NCBI GenBank assembly: GCA_049314435.1
Contig: JBMOFD010000040.1
Span: forward strand, 1-16,269
Length of the DNA: 16,269 nucleotides
Source: Chlamydiia bacterium
GTDB lineage: Bacteria; Chlamydiota; Chlamydiia; Chlamydiales; JBMOFD01
Direction: 5' to 3'
The notes beneath the pieces were generated by a model. The model was not told where the DNA came from and searched no databases. It saw only the letters and a program-made list of their open reading frames with translations. Positions 1 through 8,134 of this stretch are shown here, piece after piece. Numbering within the stretch: the first letter of the stretch is position 1; every line of letters starts with the position of its first letter. A program made the translations under genes and the position numbers.

Positions 1-1100
1 GGAGCATTGGCTTCGACAGCCGCCGCTTTTCCGGTTGTCATGCCGGGGCCCGCTAGCATCTGCTCATTGGCCCTAGCTCGGATGGCTGTTTCAAGCTCTT
101 GAGCGAGTGCTGGCTTGCGCTTGAGCTCCTCGCGTGCTTGCTCGCGGCCCTGTCCAATGCGCTGACCTTGATAGCTGAGCCAGGAGCCCTTCTTCTCAAT
201 GATCGACATCTCAACACCAAGATCCAGAATGCACCCTTCTCGAGAGATCCCCTCGTTGAAGATGATATCGAACTCAGCCTGACGGAATGGGGGCGCCAGC
301 TTGTTCTTGCACACCTTCACGCGTACGCGGTTGCCCATCTCCACATCGTTCGTCTTAAAGCTGCCGATGCGTCGGATGTCGAGCCGCAGAGAGCTGTAGA
401 ACTTCAAGGCCCGGCCCCCGGTCGTGGTCTCAGGACTTCCGAACATCACACCGATCTTTTCACGAATCTGGTTGATGAAAACAGCGCATGTATTGGACTT
501 GCTCAGTGTGGCTGTGAGCTTCCTCAGAGCCTGGGACATCATGCGTGCTTGCAGACCGACATGAGAATCCCCAATTTCGCCTTCGAGCTCACTCTTTGGC
601 ACTAGTGCCGCGACAGAGTCGATGACGATAATGTCCACAGAACCAGAACGCGCTAACATCTCCGCGATGTTCAAGGCCTCTTCCCCGCTGCTAGGCTGGG
701 AGATTAGGAGCTCTTCGACGTTCACCCCAATGCGAGCTGCATAGGCGGGGTCTAGGGCGTGCTCAGCATCGATGTAGGCTGCCAGCCCGCCTAGCCTCTG
801 CGCGTTAGCCACAATGTGCGTGGCGAGAGTGGACTTACCGGAGGATTCCGGTCCGTAGATCTCAATGATCCTGCCGCGAGGTACCCCACCTACACCGATC
901 GCGATGTCGAGTGGCAGTGCTCCTGTGGGGATGATGCTCACTTCTCTCGTTGCACTATGTTTCCCCAGCGTCATGATCGAGCCATCACCAAACTGCTTCT
1001 CGATCGCCGCCAGTGTGAACTCGAGTGCTTTACGCTTCTCCACCGATTCAAGCGCCTTGCGCTTATCAGTCTCTTGGGAATTATTGCCAAAACTTGCCAT
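1..1100 (-). CDS. recA: Recombinase RecA (3' end runs off the window)
   Basis: Manual translation of the minus strand from ATG at 1100 (GGAGG RBS at 1107-1111) gives [46 protein letters not shown]...[26 protein letters not shown]...[10 protein letters not shown]...[17 protein letters not shown]...[30 protein letters not shown]...[15 protein letters not shown]. The frame has no stop before position 1, which is probably why the ORF track omits it. Confidence 0.99.
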   Translation of the reverse strand, partial: MASFGNNSQETDKRKALESVEKRKALEFTLAAIEKQFGDGSIMTLGKHSATREVSIIPTGALPLDIAIGVGGVPRGRIIEIYGPESSGKSTLATHIVANAQRLGGLAAYIDAEHALDPAYAARIGVNVEELLISQPSSGEEALNIAEMLARSGSVDIIVIDSVAALVPKSELEGEIGDSHVGLQARMMSQALRKLTATLSKSNTCAVFINQIREKIGVMFGSPETTTGGRALKFYSSLRLDIRRIGSFKTNDVEMGNRVRVKVCKNKLAPPFRQAEFDIIFNEGISREGCILDLGVEMSIIEKKGSWLSYQGQRIGQGREQAREELKRKPALAQELETAIRARANEQMLAGPGMTTGKAAAVEANA

Positions 1101-1126
1101 CTGGCGCCTCCAGTATCAGAATGCCG

Positions 1127-1135
1127 AGTATATCA
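1127..1135 (-). promoter_or_regulatory. Putative extended -10 promoter element (TGATATACT) for recA
   Basis: Minus strand reads TG-A-TATACT, matching TGnTATAAT with one mismatch, ~26 nt upstream of the recA ATG. No clear -35 at canonical spacing. Confidence 0.45.
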
Positions 1136-1216
1136 GCTCCTTCAATCCAACGCAGGCGCTCCATCAAGGGTAGCGGACGCGGTGGATGCAAGGACCCATT
1201 CCTGTCGAGGTGCCGT

Positions 1217-2749
1217 ATGCGCGGCTTGATCACTCCAGCCACTAGGTCGCTTTCCCTAGCGACGCTCCTGTGTGGGCTCTGCTCTTTTTCAGGCTGTGAC
1301 TGGCGGCCGGAGTCGCCTCGTTCCGCTGAAGTGCGGATCGCTGTAACGGCAGCACCCAGTATCCCCGATCCACAGAAAGCGACGACTCTGATGGCGCAGA
1401 CTCTAGCTCGACACCTCTATGAGGGGCTCACCCGGGTCGATGCGGAGGGGACGGCGCAGCCGGCCTTAAGCGATCACTGGAGCCATACACCCGACCTCCG
1501 CACCTGGCGCTTCCATTTGCGCCCTTCCAAGTGGAGTGATGGCAGCCCCCTTGTCGCTGGGGACTTTGTTCGTGCTGTGGAGTGCGCCGTCTGTTCAACA
1601 CCACCTCTAGAGGGTGTTGGGTCGATGATGCAGCTTTCTGGCGTACAGGCCTATCTGGAGGGGAATCACGAGATCACTCTCGGCTGTAGAGCCCTCTCAG
1701 CTGATGAGGTGGAATTCTCCTGGATCCAACCGCAACCCGAGGCGCAGCAGCTCGTGGCGGCGCCTGCTCTCTTCCCAAGGCCCCCACATTCCGATCTCGG
1801 AAACGGTCCCTTCCTGGTCGATCAGTGGGAGCCCGGATCTAGCCTGCACCTCAGGCGCAACGACCAGTTCTGGAACAGCCAGGCTGTGCATCTCGATGCC
1901 GTGGAATTCATCGCCATGGAGGAGCTCGCCGCCATGGAAGCCTATGAAAATAGTGAGGTCGATTGGTGTGGCGGTCCCCTCGGTGACCTGGCCCACCCAG
2001 GACTCCTTGCCCATCGTCCCGACTTCTGGTCTCAACCTATGGCAGGAACGGTCTGGTTGCGCTGCAACACCCTCAAACCGCCTCTCGACAGTGCAGCCCA
2101 TCGTCATAGAGTCGCCAAAGCCGTACACCCTCAACAACTAGCCCAGATGGTCCTTCACGGCCACCAAAGAGCTGCTGTGGAGCTCGTCCCGCCCTGCTTA
2201 AGTCTAGGTTCCACTCCAACACCTCAGCTGGATGAGCCCGCACTCTCCGCTCCTCTCGAGCTGTCGATGATCATCATCAGCCGCACCCAGCGCGTGGCCA
2301 TCGCGACGATCCTCCAGCAGCAGCTCCTGCAGGCTGGGATCCATTGTCGCTTGGTGCCCTGTGAGTCGAAGATCTTCTTCGAGAGGATGCGCACAGGTGA
2401 CTACCAACTCGCTCTGAGCGACTGGATCGCCGACAACCTTATTGCTGAGGAGTTCCTCGAGCCCTTTTCCATCGCCACCCATCCGGCCAACCGCACCGGC
2501 TGGAGCGACCCACGCATAGCCGACCTGCTAGGCGCCTCTAAGCTCAGTCAGGGCCCTGCCCGCACCGAGGCTCTCAGTAAGGCTCAGGCGATCATCCAGG
2601 AGGGCGCCCCAGTGGTTCCCCTCTATCACCACGCCGCCATGGCCCTCGTGCGCCCAGGTCTTGCCGGGGCCTTTATGAGCCCTCTGGGCGGTCTGGACCT
2701 GACCTCCGCCTATTGGATCACAGACGCTGGGCAAAGCGCGGCGCCCTGA
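1217..2749 (+). CDS. oppA: Oligopeptide ABC transporter substrate-binding lipoprotein (SBP family 5, OppA-like), ~510 aa
   Basis: Motifs LYEGLTRVD, PALSDHW, WRFHLRPSKWSDGSPLVAGDF, GNGPFLVDQW, LRRNDQFWN, YQLALSDWIAD and APVVPLYH. Start moved from 1025 to ATG 1217 (GAGG at 1207-1210). This removes the overlap with recA and exposes a signal peptide with a lipobox-like FSG-C (Cys27). Confidence 0.92.
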   Translation: MRGLITPATRSLSLATLLCGLCSFSGCDWRPESPRSAEVRIAVTAAPSIPDPQKATTLMAQTLARHLYEGLTRVDAEGTAQPALSDHWSHTPDLRTWRFHLRPSKWSDGSPLVAGDFVRAVECAVCSTPPLEGVGSMMQLSGVQAYLEGNHEITLGCRALSADEVEFSWIQPQPEAQQLVAAPALFPRPPHSDLGNGPFLVDQWEPGSSLHLRRNDQFWNSQAVHLDAVEFIAMEELAAMEAYENSEVDWCGGPLGDLAHPGLLAHRPDFWSQPMAGTVWLRCNTLKPPLDSAAHRHRVAKAVHPQQLAQMVLHGHQRAAVELVPPCLSLGSTPTPQLDEPALSAPLELSMIIISRTQRVAIATILQQQLLQAGIHCRLVPCESKIFFERMRTGDYQLALSDWIADNLIAEEFLEPFSIATHPANRTGWSDPRIADLLGASKLSQGPARTEALSKAQAIIQEGAPVVPLYHHAAMALVRPGLAGAFMSPLGGLDLTSAYWITDAGQSAAP

Positions 2750-2761
2750 GGCAAAGCGAGA

Positions 2762-2827
2762 GTAGAGCGGAGGCAGGGCTCTGCCCCGCACCCCGCTGAA
2801 GGGCTTCGCCCTTCAGACAACCCGGGG
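2762..2827. repeat. GC-rich double-hairpin, REP-like palindromic element between convergent genes
   Basis: GTAG (2762) followed by GCGG-a-GGCAG/ggct/CTGCC-CCGC (2767-2789), then a perfect 9-bp stem CTGAAGGGC-ttc-GCCCTTCAG (2796-2816). No U-tract on either strand. Confidence 0.55.
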
Positions 2828-2839
2828 AGAGGAGTGAGC

Positions 2840-3322
2840 CTAGAAGGTGATGACGAGGTGGACTGGTTGGTCCCAGGGGTCGGTGGGAAGAGTGGGTGTG
2901 AGCTGCTCAGTCCAACAGATGCCGATCCGTAGACGGCAGGGGAGCCTAGAAAGTAGGCGGTCATAGTGGCCGTGTCCTCGGCCTAGACGATGTCCAGCTT
3001 CAGTGAAGCCGATCCCGGGCACGAGGATCACGTCGAGAGGTTCTTCTGGATCGTAGACCAGGGTGGGATCAAGGCGAACAGTATGGCCTGGTCGGTGGCT
3101 GGGTTCTAGGCGCAGACGGCCTTGTTCAGCGAGCCATTGGTTGAAGAGGGTGAGATCGGGCTCATCAGGCAGGCTTTGAAAAGAGAGTACGGGGCCCTCG
3201 CCCACGAGAAGTGGATGCAGGCGCTCGAGGGCGTGAGCTCTCGATCCGGTTCTGCGAAGCAGAGATGCTTCTCGTGCGAGATCGTGCAAACGATGACGCG
3301 CCTGCTGCTTCTCAGAGCTCAC
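2840..3322 (-). CDS. ygfA: 5-formyltetrahydrofolate cyclo-ligase
   Basis: Family signature DVILVPGIGFTEAGHRLGRGHGHYDRLL and C-terminal LPTDPWDQPVHLVIT. The GTG start overlaps the upstream stop (GTGA). Confidence 0.93.
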   Translation of the reverse strand: MSSEKQQARHRLHDLAREASLLRRTGSRAHALERLHPLLVGEGPVLSFQSLPDEPDLTLFNQWLAEQGRLRLEPSHRPGHTVRLDPTLVYDPEEPLDVILVPGIGFTEAGHRLGRGHGHYDRLLSRLPCRLRIGICWTEQLTPTLPTDPWDQPVHLVITF

Positions 3323-4596
3323 GGCGTAGGGATCCCATTGACGATCGGGATAGTCTTGGCTTTTCTCCCAGAACCATCGTACAGCGTGACGGTCCCATGG
3401 CCCTGCACGACCTGAGAGACTGGAACGAGGCTGCCCAGTTCGTAGTACTCACCACGCTCCAGAATCCCCTGCTGGTACTCCTCAAGGAGCATCACCTGCC
3501 CCGATGGATACCAGGCTAGACAGCGTCCATGCACTTGGTTGTCAGAAAGCTCCTTTTGAGACTCCAGCTTTCCGTCGACATAATAGGTTCGACAGGGGCC
3601 CTGCAGCACATCATCCTTCCAGCAAAGCTCTAGCTTCAGGTTTCCGTTTTTAGGCTCGAAGACCCTTTCCACGCCCTGCTTCATACCCTGCGCTTCATTC
3701 CAGGTGCGAATGCAAACATTGGAAGCGTTGAACTCTTCGACAAAACCTTCCACACGACCGGTCTGCACTTGATAGCGACGGATCATCCGTGCCGTATCGA
3801 AGAGAATGCGGTGACCAGAGCCCTGTTGGACAGAGCCAGCCGATGTTCCATCAGCGTGGTAGTATTCCCCCTGTAACAGCAGGCCCTGTGACCAGATCTC
3901 CTGGGTGCTCAGCCTATGCTCATGCAACCACCAGCTCTCTGCATGTCCATGTGGCTGCCCCTGATCGAAGTCCTGTCGCTGCAGGAGTTCACCGTTTGGC
4001 GAATACGCCTCTCGGGTTCCGTGGAGGAGTCCCTTCACATAGGGAATACTCTCCTGTGTCGATCCACTTGGATAGTAGTGCTGCTCAATGCCGTGCAGGG
4101 CGCCCCGGTCATAGGGAATGCGAGCGATCAAGTGTCCCTCTTCATCCCAAACAAGCGATTCTCCATCGAAAAGCCAGGTCTGTTTGGCTCGGTCATTGAC
4201 GTCCGCCACGCCACCCATCACCACGGCGTACAGGTTGATCTGCCCATTTTGGTGCCAACGGCAGTAGCGACCGCTTGCCCGCCCAGAGAGGACGTCAAGC
4301 AGTTCGGAGAGCTGTCCATTGGGATAGTAGCAGGTCAGTATGGAGGGGACCGATCCGTCCTCATTCCGCTGGAATACGCGGATCACACGCTCATAGGGCT
4401 GCGGGGAGTTGAAATCGACCGTTGCTAATCTCGCTAGACGATCCGGTTGACTCACTGTCTCAGAGAACCCATTGCGATCTTGCAGGACCACCGTCGTGAG
4501 GGCGTCATTCCTCTGCAGTAACGCTCGAGGAGAACAGCCCAGCAAGGCCAGTGTCCCCAGGCTAATGAGAAGGGTTTTTGCGACCTTTCCAAGCAC
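3319..4596 (-). CDS. MORN-variant (YwqK-like) beta-hairpin repeat lipoprotein
   Basis: Signal peptide with lipobox LALLG-C. Many repeats of the type YYPNGQL, WHQNGQI, YYPSGST, YSPNGEL, WYPSGQV with G-x-L-H-G segments. Confidence 0.88.
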   Translation of the reverse strand: MLGKVAKTLLISLGTLALLGCSPRALLQRNDALTTVVLQDRNGFSETVSQPDRLARLATVDFNSPQPYERVIRVFQRNEDGSVPSILTCYYPNGQLSELLDVLSGRASGRYCRWHQNGQINLYAVVMGGVADVNDRAKQTWLFDGESLVWDEEGHLIARIPYDRGALHGIEQHYYPSGSTQESIPYVKGLLHGTREAYSPNGELLQRQDFDQGQPHGHAESWWLHEHRLSTQEIWSQGLLLQGEYYHADGTSAGSVQQGSGHRILFDTARMIRRYQVQTGRVEGFVEEFNASNVCIRTWNEAQGMKQGVERVFEPKNGNLKLELCWKDDVLQGPCRTYYVDGKLESQKELSDNQVHGRCLAWYPSGQVMLLEEYQQGILERGEYYELGSLVPVSQVVQGHGTVTLYDGSGRKAKTIPIVNGIPTP

Positions 4597-5287
4597 GCTC
4601 GATGACTCCTAAATCTAAAAGATAATGGCCCGTCGGTGTCTCTTTCCGCTCGAGCTTCAGGTCCTGTACCCACAGGATGGGCCGGACCTCATCGGAAGAG
4701 ACCTCCTTAGTGGGAGCTCCCTCCAGAAGAACAAGCAGCCTTCCCAAATCGTTGAGATCGATCTCGCAGGGATGGGTAAGCGAATACTGCTGATCGCGGA
4801 ACACCGCGCCAGCAGCGCTCGGTTTCGACACAAAGTGTAGCCGACTGGGATTGGCCCGTAACTGTTCCACAGCCTGCTTCAGGCTGCGTATCCCCGAAAA
4901 GGCTGGAGTTTGACTCAACTGAGCCAACTGCATTTCCGCGGTGCGCAACAGAGAGAGACTCTCCACGCATTCATGGAGATACTCACTCTTAGCTCGTTCT
5001 GCTCGCTCTCGTACCGTGGGGGGAAAAAGCCCCAGAGTTTGTACAGATGTCCACTGAGCGCGCGCCGCCTCTAACTCCGACAGCGAATCATCCCACGTCT
5101 CCAGGTCGATCCAGGCTGATCCAACATAGACAGCCAAAGCGATCAGCCCCGTGGTAGCTATCCCATAGGGCAGCCACCATGGGAAGACTATGTTCACGAA
5201 GAACGTAAATCGCTTGACGCCTTGCTCTTTAGATGAGCGGGAGAACCGAAAGAACTTCAACTGTGGCAAACGTCGTGTCAGCTGCAT
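4562..5287 (-). CDS. Bitopic membrane protein, possibly GspM/PilO-like (~241 aa)
   Basis: Preferred start is ATG 5287 (GAGG upstream; a promoter-like element lies between it and the ORF-track start at 5377). Basic N-terminus, one TM segment (IVFPWWLPYGIATTGLIALAVYVGSAWI), a helical stalk, and a C-terminal beta-alpha-beta-beta pattern (DLNDLGRLLVLLEG...ILWVQDLKLER...YLLDLGVIE). The CDS is well supported; the family call is tentative. Confidence 0.7.
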   Translation of the reverse strand: MQLTRRLPQLKFFRFSRSSKEQGVKRFTFFVNIVFPWWLPYGIATTGLIALAVYVGSAWIDLETWDDSLSELEAARAQWTSVQTLGLFPPTVRERAERAKSEYLHECVESLSLLRTAEMQLAQLSQTPAFSGIRSLKQAVEQLRANPSRLHFVSKPSAAGAVFRDQQYSLTHPCEIDLNDLGRLLVLLEGAPTKEVSSDEVRPILWVQDLKLERKETPTGHYLLDLGVIERAWKGRKNPSH

Positions 5288-5315
5288 GATCGCCTCGTGC
5301 TGATGGACGTTACAA

Positions 5316-5326
5316 ATTCTACCACA
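5316..5326 (-). promoter_or_regulatory. Putative extended -10 element TGTGGTAGAAT (internal promoter)
   Basis: TGTG-G-TAGAAT on the minus strand, ~28 nt upstream of ATG 5287. Confidence 0.45.
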
Positions 5327-5348
5327 AGGACTTCCGTTCCTGGAATGT

Positions 5349-5381
5349 AAAAGCGGATGTTTGAGCGGCGAGGTCATCCGC
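5349..5381 (-). terminator. Weak putative intrinsic terminator or attenuator
   Basis: Minus strand GCGGATG-N15-CATCCGC-TTTT, 8 nt after the stop at 5390. The loop is large and the U-tract short. Confidence 0.3.
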
Positions 5382-5389
5382 CTGGAGGG

Positions 5390-6652
5390 CTACAACTTGC
5401 CGGGAGCTTTCTTAGGCGCCATCGTGAAGCTCAATCGGTAGAGTCCGGCATGGTGGCTCCACTCGATCGGTTGTTTTACATCAGCAAGCGAGGCGTTGGG
5501 CGCTGAGATCCGCTCGAGGATCTTGCGCGCCGCAAAGGCCTCCTTCACTCGAAATTCCAGAGTGATCCGCCCCGTGTATGCATCACGTTCGTGCCCCGCC
5601 GTGGGGAATTGCGAGATGAGGTAACGGAATTTCTCGATCTGGAGCCCCGGTGCTTGCTGGAGTTCAGACAGGCTAGCTAGCCAAGCCAAGACTTCATGCG
5701 CCCTAGGAAGAGTGGGCTCGGGGGCGAAGGGAACTTGAGCCTCGCGGGCTTGGTCGAGGAGTTTCTGGGTAAGAGCAGGGATCTCCTCTCTAGCCACCCC
5801 TGCCATCTCCTCTCTGGATTGGACCTCCATCCGGAGCCAGCCGATGGAGAGCAGAAGTCCGCACCAGACCACACCGGCTCCGCACCATGCAAGCTTCCGG
5901 CTCGTCCGCCTGGCCAGCGTTCTGGGTAGTGAGGGAGGGATAAGGTCGGCAAGGTGCCTCTGACGTAAGACCATGAGCCCGCATAGGGCCAAGCCCACAT
6001 GCTCTCCTAGCTGGGGCAAGTCGAGGCGCTGGAAGCGAGAGGGCCCGCTACCGCCGAGCCAGGTGCAGGGAAGCTGCTCCCCGAACTCTTTGATGAGGAG
6101 CTGGATCCGTGAGCGGTCGTCGAGATGGAGCACGCGGATCGCCTCCAATCGCCCATCTCGCCAGCAGCTGACTACGCCTTGCGTTCCCCAGGCAAAACCC
6201 CACAAACCATGAGGTGGTTCGCCCAACACGAAAGGAAGTGCCGTGATCGCCATGGAGCTGGCGGTCATCCCCTCGCAGCGGGCCGGCTGTAGGCGATCGC
6301 TGGGCAGGTAAGCGACGGCCACGTCGCTGGACTTCTCCTGATCGACGCGGGCTCCAGCAAGGAGCACATGGTCGATCGGGAGGGGAATCTGCGGTTCCAT
6401 GAGGAACGCTAACGCCAGGCGGAGCGGCCGAGAGCCTAGGGTGCTCGAGAGCATTCGAGCTGGCGCGGCGCATGGTGGAAGACAGACCCAATGAGACGCG
6501 CGTTGGGTGGCAGGCTCGACATGGAGCTTGCCCTTTTGTATCTGCACCGTCAGGTGAACCGTTCCATCCGTGACCGTCACGGGGGCCGGAGGCGGACTCC
6601 AGGACTGTAGCCATCGGCGGGCTCGCACGAGCCATTCGTTCAGGAGGTTCAT
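5390..6652 (-). CDS. Bitopic membrane protein, possibly GspL-like (PilM/PilN-type architecture), 420 aa
   Basis: About 250-aa N-terminal soluble region containing LRLALAFLMEPQIPLPIDHV, one TM segment (KLAWCGAGVVWCGLLLSIGWL), a short helical stalk and a C-terminal alpha/beta domain. Translationally coupled to yggT (TGATG). Confidence 0.72.
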   Translation of the reverse strand: MNLLNEWLVRARRWLQSWSPPPAPVTVTDGTVHLTVQIQKGKLHVEPATQRASHWVCLPPCAAPARMLSSTLGSRPLRLALAFLMEPQIPLPIDHVLLAGARVDQEKSSDVAVAYLPSDRLQPARCEGMTASSMAITALPFVLGEPPHGLWGFAWGTQGVVSCWRDGRLEAIRVLHLDDRSRIQLLIKEFGEQLPCTWLGGSGPSRFQRLDLPQLGEHVGLALCGLMVLRQRHLADLIPPSLPRTLARRTSRKLAWCGAGVVWCGLLLSIGWLRMEVQSREEMAGVAREEIPALTQKLLDQAREAQVPFAPEPTLPRAHEVLAWLASLSELQQAPGLQIEKFRYLISQFPTAGHERDAYTGRITLEFRVKEAFAARKILERISAPNASLADVKQPIEWSHHAGLYRLSFTMAPKKAPGKL

Positions 6653-6918
6653 CAGCGCAGTAGGTAGATGAGGATCTTATCGAAGAGCTGCAGCCCAAAC
6701 AGAGCCAGCATCGGACTGATATCGATGATGCCCCCAATGGGAGGGATGTATCTTCGGAAAAGCCCAAGATAGGGATCGGTACAGGCAAAGAGCCACTGGA
6801 GCATCGGCATCCCGCGGGTCTGAGGGAACCAAGACAGAAGAATGCGCACGAGAATCAGCAGCGAATAGGCGCCAATCCCAAGCTGTAACCAGGCGAGTAG
6901 AGTCCAGGTGATCGGCAT
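6652..6918 (-). CDS. yggT: YggT family membrane protein (88 aa)
   Basis: YSLLILVRILLSWFP...TDPYLGLFRRYIPPIGGIIDISPMLALFGL is the YggT signature. ATG 6918 with upstream GGAAGG is preferred over TTG 6930. Confidence 0.93.
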   Translation of the reverse strand: MPITWTLLAWLQLGIGAYSLLILVRILLSWFPQTRGMPMLQWLFACTDPYLGLFRRYIPPIGGIIDISPMLALFGLQLFDKILIYLLR

Positions 6919-7078
6919 GTGGCCTTCCAAGGAGAAGTTGAACCTAGAAGCGTAGGGGGTTGCGCCATTTCTCTAAAGAAGGTTGCATGACGCCACTTCG
7001 CAACTCTGCCAGCTGAATTTTCTATGGGCTGGATCTAAGAAACGGTAGAATTCTCCCCAGAACCCATTCTGTAAGTGT

Positions 7079-8128
7079 ATGACTACCAAGACTCTTATCA
7101 AAAAGCTCCGGTACGGGCCGCGCCTAGAGCTGCCACACAATATTTTATATGCGCCGTTGGCGGGATGCACCGACGTGCCGATGCGCCAGATGGCGGCTCG
7201 CCATCATCCGGCGTTGATGTTCTGTGAGATGCTCAAGATGGATGCGCTGGTCCGTCGTCATCCACACACCCTGGCGATGGCCAACTACACCGAAGCGATG
7301 AGGCCCATTGGGGCTCAGCTCGTCGGCTCTAAGCCGGAGATCGCCGGCGAGGCGGCCAAGGTCGTTGAGGAGCTTGGGTTTGATTCGATCGATCTGAACT
7401 GCGGCTGTCCTGTGGATAAGGTGACCAAAGATGGTAGTGGGTCGGGCTTGCTGAAGAACCCGGACAAGATTGGGGAAATCCTCGTCAACATGGTCGCGGC
7501 CGTCTCGGTTCCCGTCACCGTAAAGGTGCGCTTAGGTTGGGATGATGAGAGCGTCTGTGTAGAGCGCCTGGTTGAGGTGGCTGAGGCATCGGGTGCCGTC
7601 GCGATCACGATCCATGGTCGTACGCGAGAACAGGGCTATTCGGGATCGGCTCGGTGGGATGAGATCCGTCGTGCTAAGGAGTGCGCCAAGAACATCTACG
7701 TGATCGGGAATGGGGACGTCTTCACGCCTCAGGATGCCGAGAGGATGTTGCTGGAGACGGGAGTCGATGGTGTTCTAGTAGCACGAGGCACGATGGGCCA
7801 GCCGTGGATCTGCCAAGAGATGCTCGCCTGGATGGAGGGGAGCCCTTGGGTCGTGAAGACGTCGCTGGATCGTGTGGCAGCTCTTCGTGAGCACTTTGAT
7901 CTGGCCTGCGCCTATTTCCCAGAGCGCAAAGCGCTCTTGGATCTAAGGCGATTTGGGGCCTGGTACCTGAAGGGCGCCTCGCGGATGCGTCAGTTTCGCC
8001 ACGCCTTGAATGGTATCGAGACGATTGCTCAAGCCCATGAACTTCTCAACGAGGTAGAACGGGAGCTGATCCTGCGTGGGGATGAGGTGGAGAGCGGCGA
8101 GGCTCTACCCTGCTCCTGTGAAGGATAG
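7079..8128 (+). CDS. dusB: tRNA-dihydrouridine synthase (DusB/NifR3-like)
   Basis: Motifs APLAGCTD, QLVGS, IDLNCGCP (catalytic Cys), GSGLLK, VTVKVRLGWD, IHGRT, GNGDV, DGVLVARG. Confidence 0.95.
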   Translation: MTTKTLIKKLRYGPRLELPHNILYAPLAGCTDVPMRQMAARHHPALMFCEMLKMDALVRRHPHTLAMANYTEAMRPIGAQLVGSKPEIAGEAAKVVEELGFDSIDLNCGCPVDKVTKDGSGSGLLKNPDKIGEILVNMVAAVSVPVTVKVRLGWDDESVCVERLVEVAEASGAVAITIHGRTREQGYSGSARWDEIRRAKECAKNIYVIGNGDVFTPQDAERMLLETGVDGVLVARGTMGQPWICQEMLAWMEGSPWVVKTSLDRVAALREHFDLACAYFPERKALLDLRRFGAWYLKGASRMRQFRHALNGIETIAQAHELLNEVERELILRGDEVESGEALPCSCEG

Positions 8129-8134
8129 CGCGGC

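Noticed and set aside
830..856. RecA Walker A reads GPESSGKST rather than GPESSGKTT
   Set aside because: Conservative change that still fits GxxxxGK[ST]; no sign of inactivation.
1025..1216. N-terminal 64 codons of the 574-aa ORF call
   Set aside because: They overlap the recA start and promoter. ATG 1217 has an RBS and gives a proper lipoprotein signal peptide.
1101..1216. Possible LexA/SOS box upstream of recA (CTGATA..CT near-repeats)
   Set aside because: No match to CTGT-N8-ACAG or GAAC-N4-GTTC, and one repeat copy is explained by the -10 element.
99..1229. Plus-strand ORFs 99-605, 816-1229 and 865-1173
   Set aside because: Antisense shadows of recA, which is unambiguous on the minus strand.
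3319..4596. YwqK-like repeats read as an antitoxin of a toxin-antitoxin system
   Set aside because: No adjacent toxin gene. The protein is a lipoprotein in a housekeeping cluster, and the repeat is a generic structural motif.
6048..6788. 246-aa alternative-frame ORF and other short overlapping ORFs throughout the window
   Set aside because: They overlap well-supported genes, have R/P/S-rich off-frame composition typical of high-GC DNA, and show no motifs.
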